Shown: positions 54,017 through 63,606 of the stretch, one piece after another
How the letters are laid out: each line of letters starts with the position of its first letter
How positions within the stretch are numbered: position 1 is the first letter of the stretch
DNA from: an uncultured Eubacteriales bacterium
Lineage (GTDB): Bacteria > Bacillota > Clostridia > Oscillospirales > Acutalibacteraceae
Direction of reading: 5' to 3'
DNA length: 64,000 nucleotides
NCBI GenBank assembly: GCA_964425185.1
Contig: CAYRKX010000002.1
Span: forward strand, 8,791-72,790
The notes under the pieces: model-generated
Told to the model about the DNA's origin: nothing
The model's input: only the letters and a program-made list of their open reading frames with translations
The model's database searches: none
Position numbers and translations under genes: made by a program

Positions 54017-55918
54017 TTATTCTACAACATTCTCTGCCTTGTTACCAGTGTACAACTGATAATAGCGTCCCTTCTGGGCCAGCAGTTCATCGTGCGTTCC
54101 GCGTTCAATGATGCGGCCGTGTTCCAGGACCATAATGCAGTCGGAATTCTGTACCGTTGACAGCCGGTGGGCAATGACGAATGTGGTGCGGTTGTACATC
54201 AGCGCATCCATGCCCTTCTGAACCAGCTGCTCGGTTCTCGTGTCGATAGAGGACGTCGCCTCGTCGAGGATAAGTGCCGGCGGGTCTGCAACTGCTGCGC
54301 GGGCAATGGCCAGCAGCTGCCGCTGTCCCTGGCTCAGGTTGGAGCCGTCGTTGTGCAGCATAGTATTGTAGCCATCCGGAAGACGGCGGATAAATCCGTC
54401 TGCGTTGGCAAGCGATGCTGCGGCGATACACTCCTCGTCAGTCGCATCCAGACGTCCATACCGGATGTTATCCATAACAGTGCCGGTAAACAGGTGCGTA
54501 TCCTGCAGAACCATACCAAGAGACCGGCGAAGGTCGCCCTTCTTGATCTTCTGGATATTGATTCCGTCGAAGCGGATCTTACCTTTCTGAATATCATAGA
54601 ACCGGTTGATGAGGTTTGTAATGGTTGTCTTACCGGCGCCGGTAGAACCGACGAAAGCAATTTTCTGGCCGGGCTTCGCATACAGGCTGATGTCATGAAG
54701 CACCATCTTGTCGTCACTGTATCCGAAATCGACATTCTCGAGCTCCACGCCGCCTTTCAGCTCCGTATAGGTAACTGTACCATCAGCCTGGTGCGGATGT
54801 TTCCAGCCCCAGCGCTGGGTACGTTCCTTGCACTCGTGGAGATTGCCGTCTTTGTCCTCTTCAACATTTACCAGCTCAACATAACCGTCATCTTTCTCGG
54901 ACGGCTCATCGAGGAGCTTGAAGACACGCTCGGCACCTGCCGTAGCCATGATAATGGAGTTGGCCTGCATGGCCATCTGGGTAACCGGCTGGTTGAAGCT
55001 CTTGTTCATAGTGAGGAACGAGATAAGCGTTCCGATGGTAATGCTGAAATGACCACTCAGAGCAATAGCCGAACCGACAATCGCGCAGAGGACATAGGAC
55101 AGGTTGCTCAGGTTGCCGTTGATGGGCATCATGACGTTGGCTGCCTTGTTTGCGTTGTTGGCGCTGTTAAAGAGCTCATCATTGATTTTCGTAAACTCCT
55201 CTACGTTTTTCTGCTCGTGGTTGAAAACCTTGACGACCTTCTGACCGGACATCATCTCTTCAATGTAGCCGTCGGTAATACCGAGGTCTTTCTGCTGCTT
55301 GTTGAAGTAGCGTCCTGAGACCTTACTCAGGTTAATAATGACTACAATCATGACCAAGACCATGAAGATGGAAACCAGGGTCAGTGGAATGTCCAGAATG
55401 AACATGCTGACCAGGGTCATAATGACTGTCAGGGTTGAGTTGATAAGCTGTGGAATGCTCTGGGAAAATACCTGCCGCAGAGTATCGATATCGTTGGTGT
55501 AAACCGACATAATGTCGCCGTGGGAGTGCTGGTCAAAGTATTTAATGGGCAGTGACTCCATGTGGGTGAACACATCTCTACGAAGGCGGTTCATGGTACC
55601 CTCAGAGATGTTGATCATAATACGGTTGTAACCGTAGTTAGCAAGAATACCCACTATAAAAACAATGGCCATTTTGCCGATCATGGCGGCCAGTGGACCA
55701 AAGTCCGGGTGCACCTGATGCGTCAGCGGCACAATGTAGTCATCGACAAGGTCACGCATGACCATAATGCCGACAACAGTGGATAGTGCAGAAATGATAA
55801 TACATAACACGACCATGGCAAATGAACCTTTGTAGCCATCTGTCATATAGTGGAGGGTCCGTTTCATAACCTGACCCGGATGCTCCGCCCTGCCGCGGGT
55901 TCTACGCTGTCTTGGCAT
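54017..55918 (-). CDS. ABC exporter, fused permease/ATPase (heterodimer partner B)
   Basis: 633 aa; six TM helices plus NBD (GSTGAGKTT, LSQGQRQLLAIARA). Confidence 0.9.
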   Translation of the reverse strand: MPRQRRTRGRAEHPGQVMKRTLHYMTDGYKGSFAMVVLCIIISALSTVVGIMVMRDLVDDYIVPLTHQVHPDFGPLAAMIGKMAIVFIVGILANYGYNRIMINISEGTMNRLRRDVFTHMESLPIKYFDQHSHGDIMSVYTNDIDTLRQVFSQSIPQLINSTLTVIMTLVSMFILDIPLTLVSIFMVLVMIVVIINLSKVSGRYFNKQQKDLGITDGYIEEMMSGQKVVKVFNHEQKNVEEFTKINDELFNSANNANKAANVMMPINGNLSNLSYVLCAIVGSAIALSGHFSITIGTLISFLTMNKSFNQPVTQMAMQANSIIMATAGAERVFKLLDEPSEKDDGYVELVNVEEDKDGNLHECKERTQRWGWKHPHQADGTVTYTELKGGVELENVDFGYSDDKMVLHDISLYAKPGQKIAFVGSTGAGKTTITNLINRFYDIQKGKIRFDGINIQKIKKGDLRRSLGMVLQDTHLFTGTVMDNIRYGRLDATDEECIAAASLANADGFIRRLPDGYNTMLHNDGSNLSQGQRQLLAIARAAVADPPALILDEATSSIDTRTEQLVQKGMDALMYNRTTFVIAHRLSTVQNSDCIMVLEHGRIIERGTHDELLAQKGRYYQLYTGNKAENVVE

Positions 55919-55936
55919 AAACTAATCCCCTCCTTC

Positions 55937-57679
55937 TTAACCGGCCTGGTCGAAATCTCCGCCGGCCTTCATCTGGACGTCGTAGATTTCCTTGTAAATA
56001 GTGTTGTTTTTCAGGAGATTCTCATGGGTGTCAAAACCGTTGACCTTACCGTCATCAAGGACAAGAATGCGGTCAGCGTCCTGAACGCTGGAGATTCTCT
56101 GGGAAATGATAATTTTCGTGGTATCCGGAATGTAGCTGCGGAACGCCTCGCGGATTTTGGCATCTGTTGCCGTGTCGACCGCACTGGTGGAGTCATCCAG
56201 GATAAGAACCTTCGGATCCTTCAGCAGAGCACGGGCAAGGCAGAGGCGCTGCTTCTGTCCGCCGGATACGTTAGAACCGCCCTGTTCAATGTGGGTGTCG
56301 TATCCATCCGGGAATGTGTCAATGAACTCGTCAGCGCAGGCAATGGCACAGGCCTTTTTGCACTCATCCAGAGTGGCATCTTCTTTGCCCCAGCGCAGGT
56401 TGCTGAGAATGGTTCCGGTAAAGAGTTCGTTTTTCTGAAGAACAACCGAAACCTTGTCACGGAGAGTCTCCAGGTCATAATCTCTGACATCGTGACCGCC
56501 GACAGTAACCGAACCGTCGCTGACATCGTAGAGACGGGGAATCAGGTTGACCAGAGAGGTCTTGCCGCATCCGGTTCCGCCAATAACACCGATGGTCTCA
56601 CCGGACTTAATGTGCAGGTCAATATCCTGCAGCACATTGTCTCCGCTGCCCTTTTTGTAAGAGAAATTGACATGATTAAAGTCAATGGCTCCGTCCGGAA
56701 CTTCCATAACCGGATTTTCAGGGTCAACAATGTCAGGTTTTTCTTCCAGAACTTCTGCAATACGATTAGCGGAAGCAACACTCATAACCATCATGACGAT
56801 GACCATAGCAAGCATCATCAGAGACATGAGTACGCTCATAACATAACTGAACAGCGAGGTTAAATCGCCTGTGGTCATAGTTCCGGCCACAATAAATTTT
56901 GCGCCAAACCAGCTGATGCCGATCATGGTGGCGTAGATGGCAAGCATCATGGATGGGAATGTAAGGACCATTTTCTTCTGGGCGTTAACGGCAATGTCGT
57001 ACAATTTCTTGCAGGCCCGGGTAAACTTAGTGTCCTCATAGTCTTCACGGACAAATGCCTTAACAACACGGATAGCGGTAATGTTCTCCTGTGTGCTGGC
57101 ATTCAAGTCATCATACTGGTCAAACAGGCTGCGGAACAGCTTGGTGACCTTGGTCATGACCGGAGTTAATACTGCTGCCAGGAATACAAGGACTACCAGG
57201 AAAATCAGGCTGATGCGCGCATTGATCGTAACACACATGATGAAGCTGACAATAAGCATCAGCGGCGCCCGCACAGCAATACGAATAATCATCTGATAGG
57301 CGTTCTGTACGTTGGTAACATCCGTCGTCATACGGGTAACCAGTCCCGCCGTACTGAATTTGTCAATGTTGGAAAATGAAAATGTCTGGACATTTTCAAA
57401 CATGCCCTGCCGTAGATTGCGGGCAAAGCCGGTGGATGCCTTGGCGGCAAAGATACCACCCATGGCTCCGAACAGCAGGCTCAACAGTGCCATGCCAACC
57501 ATAATTCCACCGTACTTCCAGACATTCGCCATGCTGCGTCCGTAGATACCGTAGTCAATAATTCGCGCGGTAACGTACGGGATGAGTACTTCCATGACAA
57601 CTTCCAGTGCCGTAAACACCGGTGTCAGGATTGTCTCTTTCTTGTACTGCTTAATCTGTTTTGTCAGGGTTTTAAGCAT
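55937..57679 (-). CDS. ABC exporter, fused permease/ATPase (heterodimer partner A)
   Basis: 580 aa; GGTGCGKTS Walker A, VSGGQKQRLCLARA signature. Confidence 0.9.
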   Translation of the reverse strand: MLKTLTKQIKQYKKETILTPVFTALEVVMEVLIPYVTARIIDYGIYGRSMANVWKYGGIMVGMALLSLLFGAMGGIFAAKASTGFARNLRQGMFENVQTFSFSNIDKFSTAGLVTRMTTDVTNVQNAYQMIIRIAVRAPLMLIVSFIMCVTINARISLIFLVVLVFLAAVLTPVMTKVTKLFRSLFDQYDDLNASTQENITAIRVVKAFVREDYEDTKFTRACKKLYDIAVNAQKKMVLTFPSMMLAIYATMIGISWFGAKFIVAGTMTTGDLTSLFSYVMSVLMSLMMLAMVIVMMVMSVASANRIAEVLEEKPDIVDPENPVMEVPDGAIDFNHVNFSYKKGSGDNVLQDIDLHIKSGETIGVIGGTGCGKTSLVNLIPRLYDVSDGSVTVGGHDVRDYDLETLRDKVSVVLQKNELFTGTILSNLRWGKEDATLDECKKACAIACADEFIDTFPDGYDTHIEQGGSNVSGGQKQRLCLARALLKDPKVLILDDSTSAVDTATDAKIREAFRSYIPDTTKIIISQRISSVQDADRILVLDDGKVNGFDTHENLLKNNTIYKEIYDVQMKAGGDFDQAG

Positions 57680-58146
57680 GAATGGCGCGTCCCCCTTTCT
57701 TCATCATAAGACATATTTTCATAGACATGATACAGCAGATTGTGAAGCTGCCTCTTCTCCTCCTCGGAGAATCCCCGTTCCATGCAGGTCCGTCCATACT
57801 CCATAGCCTGTTTAGACTGCTGGCAGACTGCTTCCCCTTTCGGAGTCAGCTGCAGCAGAATGGACCTTCCGTCGTTGGGCGATGGAGTGGTCATAAGGAG
57901 TCCCTTATTTTCCAATCTCCGGACCAGCCCAACCGTCGATGGTTGGGAGATGTAAAGGCGTTCTTCCAATTGCTTTTCGGGAATAGGCTCTCCAGCCGTT
58001 TGAATGGTGTAGAGGGCTCTCATCTGGGGGGCCGTCACATCAAGTTCTTTCAGAAGCCGGTTCAGATTTCGCTCGCCCTGCTCTGAGATGATTTTGATGA
58101 GCATGCTGGTGCTGAGACTGGCTTCATCGTTAGCGGTTCGCTCCAC
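57664..58146 (-). CDS. MarR-family transcriptional regulator
   Basis: 160 aa from GTG 58146 (AGGAGG 7 nt upstream); winged-helix core LDVTAPQMRALYTI...ISQPSTVGLVRRLENKGL. 16-nt overlap with the ABC gene. Confidence 0.8.
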   Translation of the reverse strand: MERTANDEASLSTSMLIKIISEQGERNLNRLLKELDVTAPQMRALYTIQTAGEPIPEKQLEERLYISQPSTVGLVRRLENKGLLMTTPSPNDGRSILLQLTPKGEAVCQQSKQAMEYGRTCMERGFSEEEKRQLHNLLYHVYENMSYDEERGTRHSCLKP

Positions 58147-58177
58147 AGGATCACCTCCTGAATGAAAGTCGCTAGTT

Positions 58178-58206
58178 ATTATAAGCAGTTGTCTTCCGAA
58201 AGTAAA
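58178..58206 (-). promoter_or_regulatory. candidate sigma-A promoter of the marR-ABC operon
   Basis: Minus strand reads TTTACT (58206-58201), 17 nt, TATAAT (58183-58178). Confidence 0.45.
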
Positions 58207-58254
58207 TAGCATGTTATTAAAATTCCAAAATTATTTACAATGAGAAAATAAGGA

Positions 58255-58303
58255 CAGAAAATGACAGAGCCGCGCTGCAGCCTGTTAAGCTGTAACGCGG
58301 CCC
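58255..58303 (-). terminator. probable terminator after the CAP-domain gene
   Basis: Imperfect 13-bp stem GCCGCGCTGCAGC/GCTGTAACGCGGC; modest T-tract on the minus strand. Confidence 0.4.
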
Positions 58304-58348
58304 TGTGCTAGAGGTCTATATGTATCTTGACGCCTGATGGCTTAAAGA

Positions 58349-59089
58349 TTATTTAACCTGGTTGATGTAGTTCTGAAGGCGGGCACGGTACTGGTCTACA
58401 GTGTAGGCGGTCTCGTTACTGGAGGCATTAGGACCAACAGTCATGTCGTAAACTTCTGAAAATCGAGCCTTGGAATTATGGTTATAAGCACCACCGGCAA
58501 CGGTATAGCCATTTGCATATCCTCTGCTCATCATGGTTCCGTAATGTCCAACAGTTTTCGGATCTGGATCCATCCAGTGCTGAATAAGCCATTGGTCATC
58601 TGCACCCTGCGGAACATTCTGCTTTTCTCCATACCAGCTGTTAACAGCATCAGCAGGAGCAAACTGACCCATTCCAAAAGCCAGATTATCCAGTACCTGA
58701 TTTGTCTCATTAAATACACCGGCATGGCCATTTTTGACTGCACTGTAGTTAACATTTGCCTGTGCCATAGCCATAAGAGAATCTGTGACTTTCAGAGGAG
58801 CCAGACCCTCAGCGGCCCGTTTCTGGTTGGTGGCCTCTACAAGATCAAGACCTTTCAGCATGTTTTCAAGAGAAGTGGCGTCGTTAGGATCGCCCTGGTG
58901 CATGTATGGTGTGAACGTGGAATTATTTAAAATTTTCAGTGCATCGCCCGCGCCGACAGACTGGAAAAATCCATAGCTGGTCTGTGCTGTAGACAGCTGT
59001 GCGGCAGATGCCGGAAGAACGGCAACTATTGCCATCATGGCGAGCGCCAGGATGAACGATACCATTTTGCTTACAGTTTTGTGTTTCAT
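58349..59089 (-). CDS. secreted CAP/SCP (PR-1-like) domain protein
   Basis: 246 aa; signal peptide ...LPASAA; NQKRAAEGLAPLKV...NGHAG...DNLAFG...VNSWYGEK resembles bacterial CAP domains. Confidence 0.5.
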   Translation of the reverse strand: MKHKTVSKMVSFILALAMMAIVAVLPASAAQLSTAQTSYGFFQSVGAGDALKILNNSTFTPYMHQGDPNDATSLENMLKGLDLVEATNQKRAAEGLAPLKVTDSLMAMAQANVNYSAVKNGHAGVFNETNQVLDNLAFGMGQFAPADAVNSWYGEKQNVPQGADDQWLIQHWMDPDPKTVGHYGTMMSRGYANGYTVAGGAYNHNSKARFSEVYDMTVGPNASSNETAYTVDQYRARLQNYINQVK

Positions 59090-59278
59090 GAAGAGTCACT
59101 CCTAATTGATTTTCTATGTATTAGACCAGCTGGCCGGGCGGATTGTTTTACGGTTCTTTAAAAATCTGACAAGAAATTTTATTTTGGCCGGGATATGAAA
59201 TTTGTTGGAGTTTTGGTGAATCAAGGCCGGAAATCCGTCAGTCTAAAAATCAGAGAACTATTTAAGGAGGAACCCTTT

Positions 59279-59785
59279 ATGAACGCAACAACGAAAAAGA
59301 TGAGCTTTATAAAACGTATGGCCGCAGTGGTACTTATGCTGATTATGGTGGTATCTGGTATGGGGGTAGCTGCGGTGTCGGCGAACGCTGGGCCTGTTGG
59401 GAGAGCCGTGGTTGGAACTCTTATATTAGGAACAGCTGCCGAGATGGGCAGACAGAACAATATAAAAGAAGATATTGTTAAATACCAGAATACTTATTTA
59501 GAGCCGCAGTACGACTACAATACCGGCAAATACGGTTATGTAAATGACCGCGGTGAATGGATCATTCCACCACAGTATGAAGAAGCATATGATTTCCATT
59601 CTGAAGTAGCCCGTGTCAAAAAATCTAATGGCCGGTATAATTACATTACTAAAGGGGACAACCAATGCAACATCACTGATTACGATGTAGCTCTGGATTT
59701 CAACAGTAACGGAACCGCATTTGTAAAAAATAACGCCAACGACTCCAATTACACGCAGATTGATGTTTGCGGAATTGAACAATAA
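59279..59785 (+). CDS. membrane-anchored WG (KWG) repeat protein
   Basis: 168 aa from ATG 59279 (AAGGAGG SD); TM/signal segment, then GKYGYVNDRGEWIIPPQYEEAYDFHSEVARV. Confidence 0.6.
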   Translation: MNATTKKMSFIKRMAAVVLMLIMVVSGMGVAAVSANAGPVGRAVVGTLILGTAAEMGRQNNIKEDIVKYQNTYLEPQYDYNTGKYGYVNDRGEWIIPPQYEEAYDFHSEVARVKKSNGRYNYITKGDNQCNITDYDVALDFNSNGTAFVKNNANDSNYTQIDVCGIEQ

Positions 59786-59810
59786 AAAAGAGACAACTAA
59801 GTATGACAAA

Positions 59811-59847
59811 GCGGGAAGAGCTCGAAACGAGTTCTTCCTGCTTTTTT
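59811..59847 (+). terminator. intrinsic terminator
   Basis: GCGGGAAGAGCTCG/CGAGTTCTTCCTGC stem (two G-U pairs) followed by TTTTTT. Confidence 0.65.
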
Positions 59848-59876
59848 CCTTTTGGGAAGGCGGTTATTGATGGCGC

Positions 59877-59943
59877 GGCTGATGGGCTGAGGCTACAGCG
59901 GCTGACGGCTGAGGCAGGAATGGCTGGCGGGCTGAGGCTTTGG
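59877..59943. repeat. ~22-bp tandem repeat x3 (GGCTGAYGGGCTGAGGC core)
   Basis: GGCTG at 59877, 59885, 59900, 59907, 59922 and 59930, with alternating 8/15/7/15/8 spacing. Confidence 0.75.
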
Positions 59944-60535
59944 AAAAACTTACCCTGATTTTGTGGGAATATTTCCACGGATTTCCCTGTTATTTTTCCA
60001 GCAATCCCGAAAAATGGCTAAAAAGAGTCGTCCGGGCCGAGTTATCTTTCATATTTTGCAAATATGTCCGGTAACTTTTGGAAAGAAATTGGGAAAAAAA
60101 GCGTTTTATTTCCAAGGCACATTTTCTCACACCTGCGTCAATGAACCCCCACAAAGAATTCCCATTTAGACCCCCGCAAAATCGGATTTTTCTCCAGCAA
60201 CTGCGTTCATATGCAGGCCGAGAAGCTCGGGCTGAATTTTTGGAAAGAACACCTCAAAATCCCTGGAAATCTTACAGACAGTGCTCGAGCACGGTTTCCA
60301 AAAGAGGAACAAAACTGCAGGAAATCAGCCCAGATAGCGAAATGCGCTACAAAAATGAGCTATCTGTGTGCTATCTTTCGGAAAGAATCGATCTCAAAAA
60401 GCATGTTCTTTCCAAAGCCTTGAATCGGCCCCTTTCGGCTTCTCAAAAAACCGAGCCGCGGCAAAACGACGCACCGTTGGGGTAGTGCGCCGCACGCCGC
60501 GGCCCGAAAATCCGCTGTTTTCTGCTCAGTCAGCG
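59935..60535. repeat. degenerate 300-bp tandem duplication (2 copies) carrying inverted TTGGAAA/TTTCCAA pairs
   Basis: TTGGAAA-type sites at 59940, 60078, 60240 and 60378. TTTCCA(A/G) sites at 59995, 60109, 60295 and 60409. Every site recurs exactly 300 bp later. About 65-70% identity by eye over the first ~190 bp of each copy, with no net indel. Confidence 0.7.
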
Positions 60536-60606
60536 GTTTTTTCCTTAATTTCCTTAAATTCTTTATTTTTCCTAAAATCAGTTTTCCAAGATGCTGCACC
60601 AAAAAA

Positions 60607-60725
60607 GCATCGGCATGCGCAGATCCTCCGCGATGCTGCGCCTAAGAGGCCCTGCATGCACAGATCCCCCGCGCTGCTGCGCCCAAGAGGCACCTGCGTT
60701 CGCAGCCCCCTCAGCGCGAATCCCC
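60607..60725. repeat. ~41-bp GC-rich tandem repeat x2.8, REP-like
   Basis: GCATGCGCAGATCCTCCGCGATGCTGCGCCTAAGAGGC versus GCATGCACAGATCCCCCGCGCTGCTGCGCCCAAGAGGC (34/38 identical), plus a partial third copy. Each copy contains a GCGCAG...CTGCGC stem. Confidence 0.75.
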
Positions 60726-60726
60726 T

Positions 60727-61797
60727 TTACTTTCGAACCAGCTTCATCAGCCCCTTGTTAACCAGCAGGTCAAACAGGCTCAGCTTGTTCTGGATGGTCT
60801 TATGAGGTTCCCGGTGTCTCCACCCCTGCTCAATGGTGTATGAGAGCTCGCCGTTTTTATTCCGCTCAAAATAAGTCGAATCTTTCGGAACGACAAAAGT
60901 GAGCTTTCCGGGAGCTACAGAGAATGTGCAGTGTTCTACCTGACGACATTCCCCGTCCACCTGAATCCACGTGGACTTTTTGGGAAGGAGCTCCATCTTC
61001 TCTCCTCGGATATACTCCACATACGGTTTAAAGATGTGCGTGCCCTTTTTCTGCCAGTCAATGAGACCCACTTTGAAGAGGGCGGGCCAGAACGTCAATC
61101 GCCGGTAAATTACGAAATCAAGCTTCCCGTCTGTAGGGTCTGCAAACGGGGCAACCGGGATTCCGCTGCCGTACCACCGCGAGCTTGCACCCACAGCGAA
61201 GACAAACGGTCCCTCAATTTCCTTGCCATCTACTTTACAGCGGAAGTCGTTATAGACTTTCGTAAACATACAGTACAGGCCGGCCAGCAGATAGGTAACA
61301 TGGCCAATGGCACCAGGGACCTTCTTCATGGCGCTCTGCTTCACAGTAGTCTCCGCGTCAAAGCCCATGGAGGCCTGGTTAATGGCATACTCCTTCCAGC
61401 CGCTCCCGTCATCAATTTCCACGGCGTCGACCTGAAGTGGAATCCCGTTAATGAGATTGTCAATATTCAGGAACTGCTCGCGTTCCCCATAGAGCCGGAT
61501 GTAGTCGTTCCCCGACCCCTTGGGAATTACGGTCACCTGCGCGTTCGGGTAGTCCGCTGCGCCGTTGACCACTTCATACAGGGTTCCATCTCCTCCAACC
61601 GCATAGAACCGGATCGGTTCGCCATGTGCTTCTTCGCACTTCTCTTTGACAAACCGGATACCGTCCCCTCGTTCTTTCGTGGAGTAGATTTCATAGTCAA
61701 TCCCTGCCCGCTCCGCGGCAGGAACAATCAGCTCATTGATAATGTCGAGCGTGTTGTTCTTGCCGGAGACCGGATTTTCCACAAAATAGTGTTTCAT
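60727..61797 (-). CDS. diacylglycerol-kinase-family lipid kinase (YegS/DgkB-like)
   Basis: 356 aa; FYAVGGDGTLYEVVNG and IPKGSGND motifs. Its SD overlaps the stop region of the upstream gene. Confidence 0.85.
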   Translation of the reverse strand: MKHYFVENPVSGKNNTLDIINELIVPAAERAGIDYEIYSTKERGDGIRFVKEKCEEAHGEPIRFYAVGGDGTLYEVVNGAADYPNAQVTVIPKGSGNDYIRLYGEREQFLNIDNLINGIPLQVDAVEIDDGSGWKEYAINQASMGFDAETTVKQSAMKKVPGAIGHVTYLLAGLYCMFTKVYNDFRCKVDGKEIEGPFVFAVGASSRWYGSGIPVAPFADPTDGKLDFVIYRRLTFWPALFKVGLIDWQKKGTHIFKPYVEYIRGEKMELLPKKSTWIQVDGECRQVEHCTFSVAPGKLTFVVPKDSTYFERNKNGELSYTIEQGWRHREPHKTIQNKLSLFDLLVNKGLMKLVRK

Positions 61798-61806
61798 TTC
61801 CTCCTT

Positions 61807-63606
61807 TTACTCCTTGTATTTGTAATTTATAACATCGTCCCACGCCGGGGTGTTATAGCCGTCATGATAGCCATTGCGGAACTTGCGTTTCTCATCCTCT
61901 GGCAGGTCGAGACCAATGGTACCGCCCGGGTTCATCGTATAATTCGGGTCAAAGTAGTCTTTCAGAAGTTTAATGACACCGTACTCGGTCTCGCCAATGG
62001 AGGCCTCCAGCCACGGAGCAAACAGTTTACCAATTCCGTGATGGTGGGAAATAGCTGCGCCGGACTTCTGAATTGCGTCGAGAATGGAGTTGAGATACTC
62101 CTTGAAGTCGTCGGAGTTATCAATCTTCGACAGGAAGATAAAGTACAGATTTGCGCCCTGCGGGTAGCAGTGAGACATGTGAGTAGTCACGATGGTATTC
62201 GGATGCTCATGGCATACCTTCCGCACCTCGCGATGTACTTTTTCCATATTGGACCAGTTAACGCAGCACTCCAGAGTATCCACCGAAAGGCCAAAGTCCA
62301 TGATGGAGTCACGCAGATACGGGTCGTTAAACCGTCCCTTCTCCCAGCTCTTGGCAATCAGTCCGGAGGTTGGAATGGCTCCGTGTTTCACAGCAATCTT
62401 GAAGATATTGCGGTATACATTGAAAGAATAGCCCTTTTCGCCCTCAGTAAAGCCGAGAAGCAGGCAGCGGGACATGTCCTTATAACCGATCTTGTCGAGA
62501 ATGGGTTCGAGCGGAGTTTCATCAACGTTGTAGAGACGCAGCATCATATTGGTCTCTTCTTCATCGGACAGACGGAAGACGGAGGAGAATCCACACTCAG
62601 CCTGCATTATTTCGCGGGCTGCATCCTGTGCGTCTTTCCAGGTCTTGAACATGTAAGAATAGCGGAACCGGTTTTCCGGCATATAGTGGAATATTTTCAT
62701 GGTGACTTCTGTGAGAACACCGAAAGTTCCCTCACCGCCCATCATAATCTGGTTCATGTTCGGACCGGTCGCCTCTCTCGGATAGTGAGAAGTTAAGACT
62801 TCTCCGCGCGGAGTGGCATATTTCTGCTGAACAACCAGGTCCGATGCACAGCCGTAATAAGTTGAGTTCTGGCCGGAGCCGCGGGTGACAACCCATCCGC
62901 CGACGCTGGAGTACTCAAAGGACTGCGGAAAATGGCCGCAGGTGTAATTCCGTTTCGCGCCAAACTCTTCCTTCGCATGGTTCAGATGATGTTCCAGAGC
63001 CGGTCCGGACATACCGGTCTGAACAGTAATGGTCTGATCTATCTCATTGAAATAGAGAACCTTGTTGTATTTCTTCCGCATATCCAGGCTGACGCCGCCT
63101 TTAATTGGCTCAACACCGCGGGTTACCGAAGAGCCGCCGCCATAGACATAGAGCGGAATGCCGTTCTTCGAGCAGTATTCTACCGTCTTCTTAATCTGCT
63201 CCGCCTCGCTCGGATAGACAACGAGATCTGGAAGCGAGTCATACTTGTGCTCCCGCAGACGGAGAAGGTCGTAGCAGGTCTGGCCGTACATAACCGCCAG
63301 GCGGTCATAATCCTCCTGAGACATGTCGTCTCCGTACACGCTCTTAAAGAAGTCCAGGTGTTTCTGTTCCATCTTTGGAGCGTACTCTTCACCGAGCTTT
63401 ACAGTGTCAAAACCGGTGTCCATGTCGTACTCTTTAAAATCATCATCTGTGAGTTTCAGCCGGTCCTTGACCATCTTATATAAGGACTCCTTCGGGAGTT
63501 TGAAGAAATCCGGATCGCCCCAGCGGAAAATGCTGCGGTAAGACTTCGGGCCTGCTGCCTTGGTGACCCACTTCGGTTCGAATCCTTTATACGGTTTATA
63601 TCCCAT
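61807..63606 (-). CDS. FAD-linked oxidase of the alkyl-dihydroxyacetonephosphate synthase (AGPS)-like subfamily
   Basis: 599 aa; ~130-aa N-terminal extension (IFRWGDPDFF), PCMH FAD domain (VVYPSEAEQIKKTVEYCSKNGIPLYVYGGGSSVTRG), and C-terminal AISHHHGIGKLFAPW, i.e. the HHH loop rather than the GEHGIG of GlcD/D-LDH. Confidence 0.7.
   Translation of the reverse strand: MGYKPYKGFEPKWVTKAAGPKSYRSIFRWGDPDFFKLPKESLYKMVKDRLKLTDDDFKEYDMDTGFDTVKLGEEYAPKMEQKHLDFFKSVYGDDMSQEDYDRLAVMYGQTCYDLLRLREHKYDSLPDLVVYPSEAEQIKKTVEYCSKNGIPLYVYGGGSSVTRGVEPIKGGVSLDMRKKYNKVLYFNEIDQTITVQTGMSGPALEHHLNHAKEEFGAKRNYTCGHFPQSFEYSSVGGWVVTRGSGQNSTYYGCASDLVVQQKYATPRGEVLTSHYPREATGPNMNQIMMGGEGTFGVLTEVTMKIFHYMPENRFRYSYMFKTWKDAQDAAREIMQAECGFSSVFRLSDEEETNMMLRLYNVDETPLEPILDKIGYKDMSRCLLLGFTEGEKGYSFNVYRNIFKIAVKHGAIPTSGLIAKSWEKGRFNDPYLRDSIMDFGLSVDTLECCVNWSNMEKVHREVRKVCHEHPNTIVTTHMSHCYPQGANLYFIFLSKIDNSDDFKEYLNSILDAIQKSGAAISHHHGIGKLFAPWLEASIGETEYGVIKLLKDYFDPNYTMNPGGTIGLDLPEDEKRKFRNGYHDGYNTPAWDDVINYKYKE

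Noticed and set aside
60078-60805. ORFs of 135 and 145 aa (plus 68-80-aa ones) inside the 59.85-60.73 kb spacer.
   Set aside because: They have no SD and low-complexity or proline/arginine-rich translations. They are mutually overlapping frames that run through tandem repeats and into the lipid-kinase gene antisense. I treat the region as non-coding.
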